Positions 9,464-19,679 of a stretch of 60,638 nucleotides of DNA are shown in pieces. Origin of the DNA: an uncultured Planctomycetota bacterium (lineage in GTDB: Bacteria; Planctomycetota; CAYMFW01); assembly GCA_964389785.1 (NCBI GenBank), contig CAYMFW010000001.1, positions 10,806 to 71,443 of the forward strand, written 5' to 3'. The position numbers and the translations under genes were made by a program. Below the pieces are notes generated by a model that did no database searches, was not told where the DNA came from, and saw only the letters and a list, made by a program, of their open reading frames with translations. The first letter of the stretch is position 1. Every line of letters begins with the position of its first letter.

Positions 9464-11400
9464 AGTCCTTCCTTTGCATGCTTGTTACGGAGGATATTCC
9501 GGCACCGTGCCCGGACTTCGGTCGCGAACTCCCGGAGCGCCGGATCCCTGGTATCCGCCAGCGACGCTTCCTGTCTCAGCCCTTTCACGTACCGGCGCGC
9601 GCGCGCGACCATATGGTCCTGATGATTGCCCAGGCCGCGAATGCCCCCGACCGAGCCGACGTTCTTGTAGTTGTCCGCCTTCACCTCTTCTATGAGCGTC
9701 TTCACCTTCTCGTCCCACCAGCCCTCCGTGCCCTTCCCCTCGAACTCCATGTGTCCCACGTCGGTATTGAGCGATTGCAGATAGGGCACGAGGGCGTCGG
9801 CCAGGGATTTGAGCTTCTCGTCCCGCTTCGCGTCCGCCTCCACGAACGCCAGCGTCTCACCGCCCCACTTCTTGTACTCGCGGATCCGGTCGTGGACCGC
9901 GTGAACGAACAGGATGATGTCCTCGAGCGACTGGATGAGGTGCGTCTTCTTCTTCTCGTCGAGCACATCCCCCTCCTTGATCTTCCGGAGGTCCCTCGAC
10001 AGGATAGGGAATATGTGCTCCATCCATATCGCGCAGGTGGCGCCGCCGACCAGCTTGCGCGTGCCGCCGTCGGGCCGCGGCTTCACCCCTTCCAGATCCA
10101 GCACGTACTCGCACGGCCCCTGTCCAAGGGTGTCGCGCATGATGTCCACCGGGGTATACACGGCGACCGGCGTGGCCTCGACGCGGTCGATCGGATATAT
10201 CAGCACCCTTTCATATATGTTGGGCGGGAACTGGTGCTGCGAAACATATTCCTTGCCCTCCTTTTTCGCCTGCGCCGCCTTCTTGTCCTCCTGCCGGTTG
10301 TGGTTCTTCACCTTTCCCCGCTCCTTCCCGTCCGCATAGAGAGCGAGCCGGGTCTCGTCGCCCTTGAAGAAGCACGGGTAGAGTATGTGACTGAGCGCCT
10401 CCTGGTAGACCATCGGGGCGTTTTCGTCGCCCTTGCCCCACCACTTCCCTCCGTCCTTCCCGACCGGGCCCCGGAACGGAAACGACTGGCTCCTGGTGTG
10501 CCAGTCATCCGTCTTCTTCCCTTCGGCAACCACGAAGTCGCCGCGCCACTTGGCGTCGAAGGGCCGTTTCCATTCTATCGGGGTCGGCTCCCACGCCTTC
10601 CAGGAGGAGACGTCCACCTGGTGCCACATCTTCTCGTGTTCGAGGATGCCGACGTACACCGGCTTGCCGAGAAACTCTATCCTGCTCGCCGTGATCCTGC
10701 GGGCGTCACCCTCTCCCGAAAAGAGGATATCCACGCGCGGCTCCTTTTCTTCCCTGGCCGGCGCGGCGTCCTCTTCCTTCTTCGTGTCGGTCAGGGATCC
10801 CTGCCAGACGCACATCACGATGGCCCGCTCTCCCTCGACGAGCTGAAACAGGAAGTTCTCCGCCGGGACGCTGAGCGACTCTATCTCGAACCGCCGGGCG
10901 TCGTAGACGGTGTCGTCCGCGAAGAAGTCGGGGAGTATCGCGTAGCGCGCGTCCGCGCCGACATCCAGTCTTGCCGCCCCGTCGCTGGGCAGAACCCTCA
11001 CGAATGTCTTGCCCGCGCCCAGAACGAGATCCATCGCCGCGCCGGGTGCGGTGATGCCGAGCACCGCCTCGTTCCCGTCCAGCTTCTTTACGGTCACCTT
11101 CTCGATCTTCCCCGCGGCACCCCCCAGGGACACCAGGGCGAGCGACACCCGCATGGATGACCCCTCCACCTTGCTGAGTACCGTCGCTCCGGCTTGTCCC
11201 GGCCGGGCCGTGACGACGAGCTTTCTGTTCTCGATCGCCGCCCCGTTCCCGGGAGAGGCGCCCTCCGCGCACGCCTTCCAGGATTCCTTCCCGGAGAGAT
11301 CGGGATCTCCCCCCGGAAGCTCCCACGCGTTCACGCGCGCCGCGCCGAGGGCGGGCGCGCACCAGCTCAGCAGGACAAGAACAGCAATCGCTCTTTTCAT
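9460..11400 (-). CDS. Hypothetical exported protein (~646 aa)
   Basis: Signal peptide MKRAIAVLVLLSWCAPALGA, RBS GGGAG, typical codon bias, ATGA overlap with the downstream gene. No family recognised. Confidence 0.75.
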   Translation of the reverse strand: MKRAIAVLVLLSWCAPALGAARVNAWELPGGDPDLSGKESWKACAEGASPGNGAAIENRKLVVTARPGQAGATVLSKVEGSSMRVSLALVSLGGAAGKIEKVTVKKLDGNEAVLGITAPGAAMDLVLGAGKTFVRVLPSDGAARLDVGADARYAILPDFFADDTVYDARRFEIESLSVPAENFLFQLVEGERAIVMCVWQGSLTDTKKEEDAAPAREEKEPRVDILFSGEGDARRITASRIEFLGKPVYVGILEHEKMWHQVDVSSWKAWEPTPIEWKRPFDAKWRGDFVVAEGKKTDDWHTRSQSFPFRGPVGKDGGKWWGKGDENAPMVYQEALSHILYPCFFKGDETRLALYADGKERGKVKNHNRQEDKKAAQAKKEGKEYVSQHQFPPNIYERVLIYPIDRVEATPVAVYTPVDIMRDTLGQGPCEYVLDLEGVKPRPDGGTRKLVGGATCAIWMEHIFPILSRDLRKIKEGDVLDEKKKTHLIQSLEDIILFVHAVHDRIREYKKWGGETLAFVEADAKRDEKLKSLADALVPYLQSLNTDVGHMEFEGKGTEGWWDEKVKTLIEEVKADNYKNVGSVGGIRGLGNHQDHMVARARRYVKGLRQEASLADTRDPALREFATEVRARCRNILRNKHAKEGL

Positions 11401-11411
11401 CTGGTTCTCCC

Positions 11412-12761
11412 TCACCATTGGTACACCGCGGCGTCGCCGTGCTTCGGGTCCGTCTTCCATCCCCACTTGTCTATGTAGTACTGTCCCGGCTTGAATTCGT
11501 CATCTGCTTTGCCGAGAAGCCGCTGAAGAATCCCTTCCATCTCCGCCTGCAGGGGGGCGTGCTCCTCCCGGTCGCACAGGTTGTCCATCTGATAGGGGTC
11601 ATTCTCGTTGTCGTAGAGATGCCACGGACCGTCGAGATCTCTCGTGTAGGTGTAGCGCCTCGTCCGCACGCCCCGGTACTCCCTTCCCCCGATCCTGCGC
11701 GGCGCCTGTCCGAACGGCCACGGGCACATGATGAGCGCACCCTCTACGTCCGGCTCCGGACCTCCGCGCAGAAAGCCGGAGAAGTCCTCGCCTTCCACCG
11801 TGTCCGGTATCCCGAGACCGCAGAGCCCCATGAGCGTCGGCATGATGTCGGGCGTATTGAACGGCGTGTCGATCCCCCTCTTCTCCCGGCCGAACTCCTT
11901 CGGGTAACGCAGGAGGAAAGGGACCCGGATGGATTCGTCGTACGGCCACTGCTTCTTCTGGAGGCCCTGCGAGCCGAGCAGGTCGCCATGGTCCGAGGTG
12001 AGCACGAATATCGTATCGTCCTCCAGGCCGCGGTCGTCAAGCGTCTTCAAAAGGCGCCCCACCTCGTTGTCGAGCGCGGATACGTGCGCGTAGTAGCCGG
12101 CGAGGTCCTCCCGAGCCCTCGCCTCCGCTTCTTCCGGCACGTTGGGACGAAGTTCCAGGTCTTCCGGACGGTACATCTGCCGGAACCTCTCCGGTGCCGT
12201 GTCGTACGGAGCGTGCGGCGGTCCCCACGAGAGAAACATTATGAACGGCTTCTCACCGTCGCGGTCCCGGATGTAGTCGATTGCCGCGGTGGTCTGGGCT
12301 TCGGCGTCGTACCCCTCCCACTTGACCGGCTTTCCGTCCTCGGAGAAGTAGTAGCTGTCGTTGTACGTATGATTGCACTCGAATCCACGCCAGAACTCGA
12401 AGCCCCTGCGCCGATCCTTCGGGATGAAGATGCGCCGGTTGCCCCTCCCGTCCAGGTGCCACTTGCCGATGTACGCGGTGTCATAGCCGGCCTCTTTGTA
12501 GGCCTCGGCGATAAAGACCGCGTTCGAGGCCGGATAGACGTCGTTCACGACCACGCCGTGGGTGGTCGGATACTGACCGGTTATCATGCTCGCCCGGGCC
12601 GGCGAGCACACCGGGCATCCCATCACCGCGGTCGAAAAGTCTACGCTCTCTCCCGCAAGCCGGTCGATGTTCGGGGTCTTTACGTTCGGATCGCCGGTGA
12701 ATCCGGCCGCCTGGTAGCGCCACTGGTCAGCGAACACGAAAACGACGTTTGGTTTGGACAT
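11412..12761 (-). CDS. Formylglycine-dependent sulfatase (S1, Cys-type)
   Basis: KPNVVFVFADQWR, CSPARAS (CxPxR), GKWHL, PPHAPY and SDHGD motifs. RBS AAGGAG upstream of ATG 12761. Confidence 0.92.
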   Translation of the reverse strand: MSKPNVVFVFADQWRYQAAGFTGDPNVKTPNIDRLAGESVDFSTAVMGCPVCSPARASMITGQYPTTHGVVVNDVYPASNAVFIAEAYKEAGYDTAYIGKWHLDGRGNRRIFIPKDRRRGFEFWRGFECNHTYNDSYYFSEDGKPVKWEGYDAEAQTTAAIDYIRDRDGEKPFIMFLSWGPPHAPYDTAPERFRQMYRPEDLELRPNVPEEAEARAREDLAGYYAHVSALDNEVGRLLKTLDDRGLEDDTIFVLTSDHGDLLGSQGLQKKQWPYDESIRVPFLLRYPKEFGREKRGIDTPFNTPDIMPTLMGLCGLGIPDTVEGEDFSGFLRGGPEPDVEGALIMCPWPFGQAPRRIGGREYRGVRTRRYTYTRDLDGPWHLYDNENDPYQMDNLCDREEHAPLQAEMEGILQRLLGKADDEFKPGQYYIDKWGWKTDPKHGDAAVYQW

Positions 12762-12841
12762 CGCACACTCCTTCGAATGGGTACAGATGTATGAGACGAT
12801 GATACCACTTGTCTCAATCCTATGCCATGGCGGGCGTGCGC

Positions 12842-12869
12842 TTGACACGGGCGTCTGGAGTGATACACT
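12842..12869 (+). promoter_or_regulatory. Sigma70-like promoter for the 12918 gene
   Basis: TTGACA (12842-12847), 16-bp spacer, extended -10 TGnTACACT (hexamer 12864-12869). Confidence 0.55.
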
Positions 12870-12917
12870 CAGGAAGTTCAACCCGTACGAACATGCCATG
12901 CGGAAAGGAGAGGTGCC

Positions 12918-15900
12918 ATGAGGGAATCTTTCGCAACTGCTTTGCTGATTGTTGTTTGCGTTTCGGCGACAGCCCACGCGCTGGAGGTGCCGATCACCGT
13001 CCAGGAGCCGGTCGGCGCGGCGCGGAAGGCGGAGCCGGTCTGCGGCGGCGTGCCGCTGCCCGCGGGACAATACAAGCCGGATCAGACCTTCGCGCTCTTC
13101 GAGGGAGACAAGGAAATCCCGCTCCAGGCGCTGCCGCTCGTCGTGGACGAGAATGGTTTCCTCCGGTGGATACTGCTCGATTTCCAGACGGACCTGCGCG
13201 CAAACGAGAAGAAGGCCTTCACGCTGAAGGACGCGAAGCCTTCGGCGAAGCCGGCGAAGGCGCTCAGCGTCACCGACGCCGACGACACGGTGACGATAGA
13301 CACCGGCGTGGTGAAGTTCACCATCTCCAAGACGAAACCGTTCGCGCTGTTCGACTCGGTATCGGCGGGCGGCAAGGAGGTGGTGAAGGGCAAGGAGATA
13401 TCCTACACCGACGCGTTCGACGACAAGCGCTACACGGCGAATAGGCCGAAGAGCGTTGAAGTGGAATACCAGGGCCCGATGCGCGCGACCGTGTGTGTGA
13501 AGGGCGGGTTCGTCGAGGAGCCGCACAACGCCTTCCCCTGCATCGCCCGGATCACCGCGTGGGCCGGAAGCGGCCGGGTGTTCGTGAAGTATACCATCGC
13601 CAATTCGAACGAGAAGCACTACTCGTACCGCCAGCTCAAGGATTCCTCCATCACCCTGGCGCTGGCCGGGAAGGTGTCACAAACCACGCTGGGCGCGAAC
13701 AAGCCGGTGACGGTGGAGGGAGACAAGAACGCATGGATGCACCAGGGGCTGGTCGGCGCGATGATCGGCGCCGGAAAGGCCGGCTGCGGCGCGGAGGAAC
13801 TGTGGAGCTGCGCCGGCAAGGACGACCCCACCCGCGGCTGGATCGCGGTGAAGACGGACGCGGGCACGGTGTGGACGTGCGACAGCTACTTCCTGGAGGC
13901 GCCCGCCCGGCGGCTCGAGATGAAGGACGGAACGCTCACCCTCACCGGCATCGGCAAGCCCTACGAGGGGGTCGCCGACAACAAGGGCCGGAAGCGCGGC
14001 AAGCCGTACAGCGGCGCGTATCAGACGTTCTTCGACTGTATCCACATCAACTCGCACTACCTGTTCGACTTCGCGCCGGCAGACGGCATGGCGGACCAGT
14101 GGAAGAGCGCTCAGAACGAGCTTCACGCGTTTGCGGACCCGTCATGGTACTCGGAAACGGAGGGACTCGCATTCGGCAAGTTCGGCACGGCGGCCGACGA
14201 GCTGAAGTGCTACGACACGTGGAAGTGGAAATATGATAAAGGCAAGCAGCCCTCGCGCCCCGGCCGCGGAACCGGACGAAAGGTCGGCCATCAGGACGTC
14301 CACTTCGACTTCGAGGAGGACATCGTCGAGGCGCATATCCTCATGTATCTCCGAAGCGGCGTGCGCAGCTTCTACGACGCCACGAAGGCGTGGTCGAATT
14401 TCTGGATGGACACCTACGCCTGGCGGACCGACGGCTGGCGCTTCAAGGACGGCGGCGTCTGGTGGGTGAAGAACAAGCCCGGCCCGCTGGGCAACCGGCC
14501 GCAGAGACCGGCGGACCCGCTGACCAAGGTCGGCAACATGCTCCACACCCCCAAGGTGGGACCGGACGCCAAGCAGATGCGGTGGGAGATGACACCGATG
14601 GCGATGGACCGGTGCTGTTACTGCCATAACTGGGCGGCGGGACTGGCCGCATGGTTCTGCATCACCGGCGACCGGGACGCGTTCGAGGCGTGTATCGACC
14701 TGGCCGAACAACACATAGACACCCAGCGGCGGGCATTCCAGATGAAGCCGGGCGATGCCGGCAAGGGCTTCTCCCGCCAGTTCAACCGGGCAAGCTATCT
14801 GATGCACGCGGTGCGCCTGATCGCCCCCCAGGATGAATTCGTGCGGGAAGCGAGCGACTACCTGGCCGAGGTGTACCTAAAACGCCCGGTGCCCGAGCCG
14901 CGCGGACTTGTCAACTGTGCAGCAGGTCCTCGCCCGGAGAAGCAGTACAAGAAATGGCCCATCAATCTGGAGGCATGGGTAAAGAAGAACGCCGGGGAAC
15001 AGGGATGGAAGGCCCTCCAGGAATCGGGCGTTCAGGTGAATTCCGACACGATGATGTTCACCGACCCGAAGACGGGGGCGGTGTGGCGCCCGATCGAGGG
15101 ACCTACCACGTGGATGTACCCGCCGCTGAGCAAGGCGATGGATCTTTACGCCCGCATCACCGGGAACGAGGACACGATGGACTGGACGATCGCCTACGGC
15201 ATGGCTGTCGCGCACGTCCTCTACCAGCCAAAGCACTCTAATTTCCACTATCGGAATTTCCTGGTGGATTTTCCGAAGAAAGGTGTCGCGCAGGACGTGG
15301 CAAGCTGGCTCCTGCCGGAAGATTCCACAACCGGTGAGGGCGTCGCCCTCTCCGGATATCTTGCCAGGTTCCATCCGGACGTCTGCGCCCGGGCGTACTG
15401 GAACTGCGGCGATCCCTTCCTGAAGAAGCGGGCGTACGATCTGTGGTGGGGAGGAAGCCACCACGGATACTGGACCAAGACGATGCACCACCTCGGCGAG
15501 GTCGGTTCCTGGGTCAACTACTACGGCCCGCACTCCGAGTACGTGACGTTCACCCAGAAGACGTTCTATATCCATTCCCATCCGCGCACCGACGACAAGC
15601 CGCCCAGGACGGTGACGGACCTGAAGGTGACGGTGAGCGGCGACAAGGCGACCGTGACGTTCACCGCGCCGGAGGACGAGGGCGGCGGGAAGCTGGCGCG
15701 GTACCAGGTGAAGTGCGCCGAGGTGCCTCCCGTCCCCTACGAGAAGTTCCTGGAGCACTACGCGGCCAACACCGAGTCCACGGTAAAGAACTGGTGGATG
15801 GCGACGAACCTGGCCGGCGAGCCGGCGCCGAAGGCCCCGGGCGCGAAGGAGAGCTTCGAGGTGACGGGCGTTCCGGAGGGTGCGAAGCATTTCGCGGTGC

Positions 15901-15959
15901 GCGTGTTCGACGACTCGCGCAACCGGTCCGCGATATCGAATGTGGCCGCGGCTCAATAG
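12918..15959 (+). CDS. Secreted exo-rhamnogalacturonan lyase (PL26/YetA)-like protein with C-terminal fibronectin-III-like domain
   Basis: Signal peptide, EPVCGGVPLPAG/RWILLDF RIFT-barrel-type start, GPMRATV beta-sandwich, helical barrel, and FN3-like DKPPRTVTDL...FTAPEDEGG...FAVRVFD...NRSAISN. Confidence 0.6.
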   Translation: MRESFATALLIVVCVSATAHALEVPITVQEPVGAARKAEPVCGGVPLPAGQYKPDQTFALFEGDKEIPLQALPLVVDENGFLRWILLDFQTDLRANEKKAFTLKDAKPSAKPAKALSVTDADDTVTIDTGVVKFTISKTKPFALFDSVSAGGKEVVKGKEISYTDAFDDKRYTANRPKSVEVEYQGPMRATVCVKGGFVEEPHNAFPCIARITAWAGSGRVFVKYTIANSNEKHYSYRQLKDSSITLALAGKVSQTTLGANKPVTVEGDKNAWMHQGLVGAMIGAGKAGCGAEELWSCAGKDDPTRGWIAVKTDAGTVWTCDSYFLEAPARRLEMKDGTLTLTGIGKPYEGVADNKGRKRGKPYSGAYQTFFDCIHINSHYLFDFAPADGMADQWKSAQNELHAFADPSWYSETEGLAFGKFGTAADELKCYDTWKWKYDKGKQPSRPGRGTGRKVGHQDVHFDFEEDIVEAHILMYLRSGVRSFYDATKAWSNFWMDTYAWRTDGWRFKDGGVWWVKNKPGPLGNRPQRPADPLTKVGNMLHTPKVGPDAKQMRWEMTPMAMDRCCYCHNWAAGLAAWFCITGDRDAFEACIDLAEQHIDTQRRAFQMKPGDAGKGFSRQFNRASYLMHAVRLIAPQDEFVREASDYLAEVYLKRPVPEPRGLVNCAAGPRPEKQYKKWPINLEAWVKKNAGEQGWKALQESGVQVNSDTMMFTDPKTGAVWRPIEGPTTWMYPPLSKAMDLYARITGNEDTMDWTIAYGMAVAHVLYQPKHSNFHYRNFLVDFPKKGVAQDVASWLLPEDSTTGEGVALSGYLARFHPDVCARAYWNCGDPFLKKRAYDLWWGGSHHGYWTKTMHHLGEVGSWVNYYGPHSEYVTFTQKTFYIHSHPRTDDKPPRTVTDLKVTVSGDKATVTFTAPEDEGGGKLARYQVKCAEVPPVPYEKFLEHYAANTESTVKNWWMATNLAGEPAPKAPGAKESFEVTGVPEGAKHFAVRVFDDSRNRSAISNVAAAQ

Positions 15960-16989
15960 AGAGACGCTCCGCCGCTTCTTCCGGCCGACGCTCGACGAGC
16001 GGAAGCGGATCCTCCGCTGGGAGGCGTGGGGCTTCGTCATCGCGTGCTACGGTCTCTTTCTATTCGCGTTCCTCCTGCCGGGGAACTACCGCAGCACGTC
16101 CCGACTGTACCTTTTCGTTTCGTGGATGGCGTTTCTCACGAGGACGTTCCTCTTCCATGCCGGACTGGTGGTTATCGTCATCACGGCGGTGGCCGCAATA
16201 GTACGGCGCTGGCGCCTGCTCGCGGCCGCCGCGCCGCTTCTGGCGATAACGTTCGGCCCTTCGCTCTGGATGATGAGGTCGAAGAGCCCTCCCGCCGCGC
16301 AGGGGCGCGCCCTCACCGTCATGACCGCGAACCTGCTCGTGGTCAACCGGAATACCGGTCCGGTGATCGCGGAGATCCGGGAAGCGGCTCCCGACATCCT
16401 CTTCCTCCAGGAGTACGCCTCCCACTGGCACGACGCGCTCATGGATGAACTGGGCACGGACTATCCATACGTCTGCGGGATACAGCGCGAGGACTCGTTC
16501 GGCGCGGCCGTCTATTCGAAGATACCCTTCGTCGGAAAGCCGACGCGCTATCTCTCCATGGGGACGAGCGGCGTGCCGCAGATACGCGCCGTGGTCGACG
16601 TCGAGGAGACGCATGTCGCCGTGTATAATATACACCTTCTTCCTCCCCGACGGTTCGACTACGTGCAGGAACAGCGGCTGCAGTTCGCAGACCTTCTCGA
16701 CCACCTCCAGGCCGAGCAGCTTCCCTTGATCATGTGCGGGGATTTCAACTTTACGTTCATGAGCGGCTTCGCCGCATCGCTCCGGAAGCTCGGCCTGGCG
16801 GACGCGCACGCGGGCGCCGGCCACGGCCAGGGAAGAACGTGGCCGGGCACTCTTTTCCTGCGCTGGATGCCGGGTCTGCGCCTGGATCAGATATGGACCT
16901 CTTCGGACCTGACCTGCACCGAATGCAGAACCGGGGTCGGCACCGGCTCGGACCACCGACCGGTGGTCGCGCGAATCTCCACCCCTTGA
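15940..16989 (+). CDS. Membrane-anchored endonuclease/exonuclease/phosphatase (EEP, YafD-like) family protein
   Basis: VMTANL, DILFLQE, GDFN, RLDQI and GSDHRPV motifs after three N-terminal TM helices. Start position uncertain. Confidence 0.85.
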   Translation: MWPRLNRETLRRFFRPTLDERKRILRWEAWGFVIACYGLFLFAFLLPGNYRSTSRLYLFVSWMAFLTRTFLFHAGLVVIVITAVAAIVRRWRLLAAAAPLLAITFGPSLWMMRSKSPPAAQGRALTVMTANLLVVNRNTGPVIAEIREAAPDILFLQEYASHWHDALMDELGTDYPYVCGIQREDSFGAAVYSKIPFVGKPTRYLSMGTSGVPQIRAVVDVEETHVAVYNIHLLPPRRFDYVQEQRLQFADLLDHLQAEQLPLIMCGDFNFTFMSGFAASLRKLGLADAHAGAGHGQGRTWPGTLFLRWMPGLRLDQIWTSSDLTCTECRTGVGTGSDHRPVVARISTP

Positions 16990-17013
16990 CGCATGGAGAA
17001 CAGGTCGTATACT
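16986..17013 (+). promoter_or_regulatory. Sigma70-like promoter for pilin-like gene 1
   Basis: TTGACG (16986-16991), 16-bp spacer, TATACT (17008-17013). GGAGG RBS precedes ATG 17046. Confidence 0.55.
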
Positions 17014-17045
17014 TCCTAAGACTCTGGGACTCATGGAGGCACTGG

Positions 17046-18113
17046 ATGGCGAAGACCTCTCGACGGTCCGGCTTCACCCTCGTCGAGCTTCTCGTGGTGA
17101 TATCCATCATCGCGCTCCTCGCCTCCCTTCTCCTTCCCGGCCTCACCCGCGCCAGGGAGTACGCCTACTTCACCCGCTGCAAGAGCAATCTCAGGCAGGT
17201 CGGCATCGGATTCCTGCTCTTCGCCGGTAACAGCAACGGGAGGATGCCGGAGGGAGAGAACCGCTGCGACGGGTCAAATCAGGGCATACGCCGGGCGGGC
17301 ACGCTGGGAGCGTACTGGATGGGAACGGAATCGGGATCGGGAATGGGAAAGAGTTTCGTGGACAAGATCTACGACGACTGGCGCTGGAACGGCAACTCTC
17401 AATATGCATTGGACTGGGAAGAGCAGAAGGCGTTCTCGTACGTCGGCCGCCCCAGGCAGCCCGGCAGGTATCTGAACATAGAGGTCATGTGGGATCCCAT
17501 CGCCAAGGTCAGGGATTGGGGAGGCTACGGATACAACGCCGAGCTGGGGAACGCCGGTACGGAGAAGCAGCGCGATAGACTGACCCGAAGGTATGGGAAC
17601 TTCAGCTATGAGTTCTTTATCTTCAGCACCGGCTGCTGGCAGTATCAGATGAACCCCGCCTCGAATGGTCACATCCTTCAGCAGGTCGAGGGATACACCG
17701 GCACGGGTGCTCCCCGCGACTGCGAGGCGCCCTTCAGACCGCTGACGAAGAGCCGGCTGATGACTACTTCGGCGAAGCCCTCCGTATGGATGGGTGCGTG
17801 CTGTCCGCCGACCACGTACTGGCTCAAGGACCGGGACTACCGATCGCACTTCGGCGTCCGAGGGACCCCCGGCAGCTTCAGGTTCAACGTTGTCCACCTG
17901 GACGGTCACGTCCACGACGACTCCTGGAAGGAGTACAAGGCGCCGAACGCTTGCACATGGCTCGTCTACAGGCCCGGCTGGGATCCCAACAGCGCGTACT
18001 CGGTTCCCTATCTGTGGGAATGGAAACAGACCCCGCCCTCGAGCGGGAGCCACCAGGGCATCCATCTGAATCCGGAATACGGCCAGCGCGGCGCCTTCGA
18101 CTGGAACAAGTAG
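17046..18113 (+). CDS. Prepilin-type N-terminal cleavage/methylation protein, DUF1559/H-X9-DG-like (paralogue 1)
   Basis: SG|[34 protein letters not shown], and C-terminal HFG...[10 protein letters not shown]. Confidence 0.88.
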   Translation: MAKTSRRSGFTLVELLVVISIIALLASLLLPGLTRAREYAYFTRCKSNLRQVGIGFLLFAGNSNGRMPEGENRCDGSNQGIRRAGTLGAYWMGTESGSGMGKSFVDKIYDDWRWNGNSQYALDWEEQKAFSYVGRPRQPGRYLNIEVMWDPIAKVRDWGGYGYNAELGNAGTEKQRDRLTRRYGNFSYEFFIFSTGCWQYQMNPASNGHILQQVEGYTGTGAPRDCEAPFRPLTKSRLMTTSAKPSVWMGACCPPTTYWLKDRDYRSHFGVRGTPGSFRFNVVHLDGHVHDDSWKEYKAPNACTWLVYRPGWDPNSAYSVPYLWEWKQTPPSSGSHQGIHLNPEYGQRGAFDWNK

Positions 18114-18119
18114 CGGGCG

Positions 18120-18488
18120 CTAGAGGGATTTCCTCGGAAACTCTCCCAGGTTCAGGTCCGCGCTGCCGCAGAGCTCGTGGAGCCGCGTCATGCAGATGCA
18201 GTGCTCCTCGAAGCCGGCGTTCGTGGAGAGCGCGTGGTCGAACGCGGGAAAGTACCCGCGCGCGTCGAGCGCGGCAGGGACCTTGGGGGCCAGCTCCTTC
18301 TCTATGCCTCCGGCGAAGACGAAGTTCGGCAGTTTCCTGCGGTACTCGACGAGGTCGTCGCCGCACACCTGCTCAACCGGGAACAGCCCGCCCTTGTGCG
18401 GGTAGCCCATCGCGTGCCAGATCACGAGCGGCCAGTAGTCGGGTTGTGCGAAGTTGACGACCGCCTTGAATCGCTCGAGCTCCGTCAC
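18120..18488 (-). pseudogene. Internally deleted uroporphyrinogen decarboxylase/corrinoid methyltransferase family remnant (122 aa)
   Basis: N-terminus (M)TELERFKAVVNFAQPDYWP is joined almost directly to C-terminal motifs PVE..CGDD, GGIEK and GYFPAFDH. About one third of the usual family length. GTG start overlaps the HEAT gene stop. Confidence 0.6.
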
Positions 18489-19582
18489 TTCTTCTCCTTG
18501 CTGATCGCCTCGATGGCCTCGGCGGCGAGCTTGTTCATCTCGGCCACCTGCTCCGCCGTTGCCGGTCCCCCGTGCCTCTGGTGGTATCCCTTGGTCGTCT
18601 TGAACTTCTCCAGCGTCGGAATGTACTGCTTCGCGGTCGGGCCTATCGCCTTGAGCGTCTTTATGATCTGGATCGCGCCCTTCCCGTTCATCTTGCTCTC
18701 CCTGAGATACCGGTCGAGCAGCGACGCGGCGGGCGCCGCCTTCGGCCCGAACGACTCGAGCACCTCGTACGCCTCGATCTGGTACCACATGGCCGGGTCG
18801 GGAACCTCGAGCTTGTCCACGATGTTCGGCACCACGTTCTCGTGAACCGGGCCTATCGCGCCTATCGCCTTGACGAACAGCGGAGACTTCTGTCCCTCCT
18901 GGTGGAGCTTCACGATGAGAAGATCTATATGCTGCTTCGCGAGCGTGCCCATGCGCATGCAGGTGTATGCCGCCTGTTCGCGCACGAGCGTCGCGGCGTC
19001 CCTGTTCCAGTTGCCGCCGGTGAAGCCTTTGAGTTTCCCGTCGAGATGCGGGATACAGGACTTCGCCGCCGGGCCGATCATGCCGCAGGCCCTCACGGAC
19101 TCCCTCTGCACGTCGGGATACTGGTCGTTGAACTTCGCGACCAGCGCCTTGGTCACCTTTTCGATCTCTTCGGACGGCTCCGCGTCCTTCAGTATCTGCC
19201 CCAGCGCCTTGGCGGCGGCAGCCCGGTTCCGTTCGAACTGCGTCCCCTCCAGAAGCGGCAGAAGGTCCGGCACCGCGACCTTTGATTTGGCCCCGAAGTT
19301 TCCGAGGGCCAGCGCCACCCATGCATGCACGTTTTGCCGCTCCGCTTTGAGAAGCGGGATGAGCTTCGGGATGACCGCGTCGGCGCTTTCCGGCGGGGCT
19401 TCGCTCAGCTTCTTCGCCGCGCGCACCTGGATGCCGCGGTTCATGCTCTGGATGTCCTTCAGTATCTTCGACAGTTTCGCGCCGCCGATGACCGGATCCT
19501 GGTCCTCGCCCGCGAGGCCGATCCCCCCCATAACTGCGACGGCAATCGATACCAACACCATATCTCGCAGTTTCATCGGCAT
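18485..19582 (-). CDS. Secreted HEAT/PBS-lyase repeat protein (paralogue A)
   Basis: Signal peptide, repeated A..ALG..GPKAKxAVPxL helices, RBS AAGGAG. Confidence 0.85.
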   Translation of the reverse strand: MPMKLRDMVLVSIAVAVMGGIGLAGEDQDPVIGGAKLSKILKDIQSMNRGIQVRAAKKLSEAPPESADAVIPKLIPLLKAERQNVHAWVALALGNFGAKSKVAVPDLLPLLEGTQFERNRAAAAKALGQILKDAEPSEEIEKVTKALVAKFNDQYPDVQRESVRACGMIGPAAKSCIPHLDGKLKGFTGGNWNRDAATLVREQAAYTCMRMGTLAKQHIDLLIVKLHQEGQKSPLFVKAIGAIGPVHENVVPNIVDKLEVPDPAMWYQIEAYEVLESFGPKAAPAASLLDRYLRESKMNGKGAIQIIKTLKAIGPTAKQYIPTLEKFKTTKGYHQRHGGPATAEQVAEMNKLAAEAIEAISKEKK

Positions 19583-19600
19583 GTCTCCTTTGGCTTGAGG

Positions 19601-19635
19601 TTGCCTATTATAGACGCCCTCGGGTATTATCTCAA
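19601..19635. promoter_or_regulatory. Overlapping divergent sigma70 promoters
   Basis: Minus strand: TTGAGA (19635-19630), 17 bp, TATAAT (19612-19607). Plus strand: TTGCCT (19601-19606), 18 bp, TATTAT (19625-19630). Confidence 0.55.
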
Positions 19636-19679
19636 CGCTGGATCACTCGTTCCCGAGAATCACGGAATAAGGAGGGCTG

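Noticed and set aside
12762-13619. 286-aa N-terminal extension of the sulfatase ORF
   Set aside because: Overlaps the divergent 12918 gene and its promoter. The true start is MSKPNVV at 12761, which has an RBS.
18489-19322. N-terminal 278 aa of the 400-aa ORF 18120-19322
   Set aside because: Out-of-frame overlap with the HEAT-A gene. Only the part from GTG 18488 resembles a protein family.
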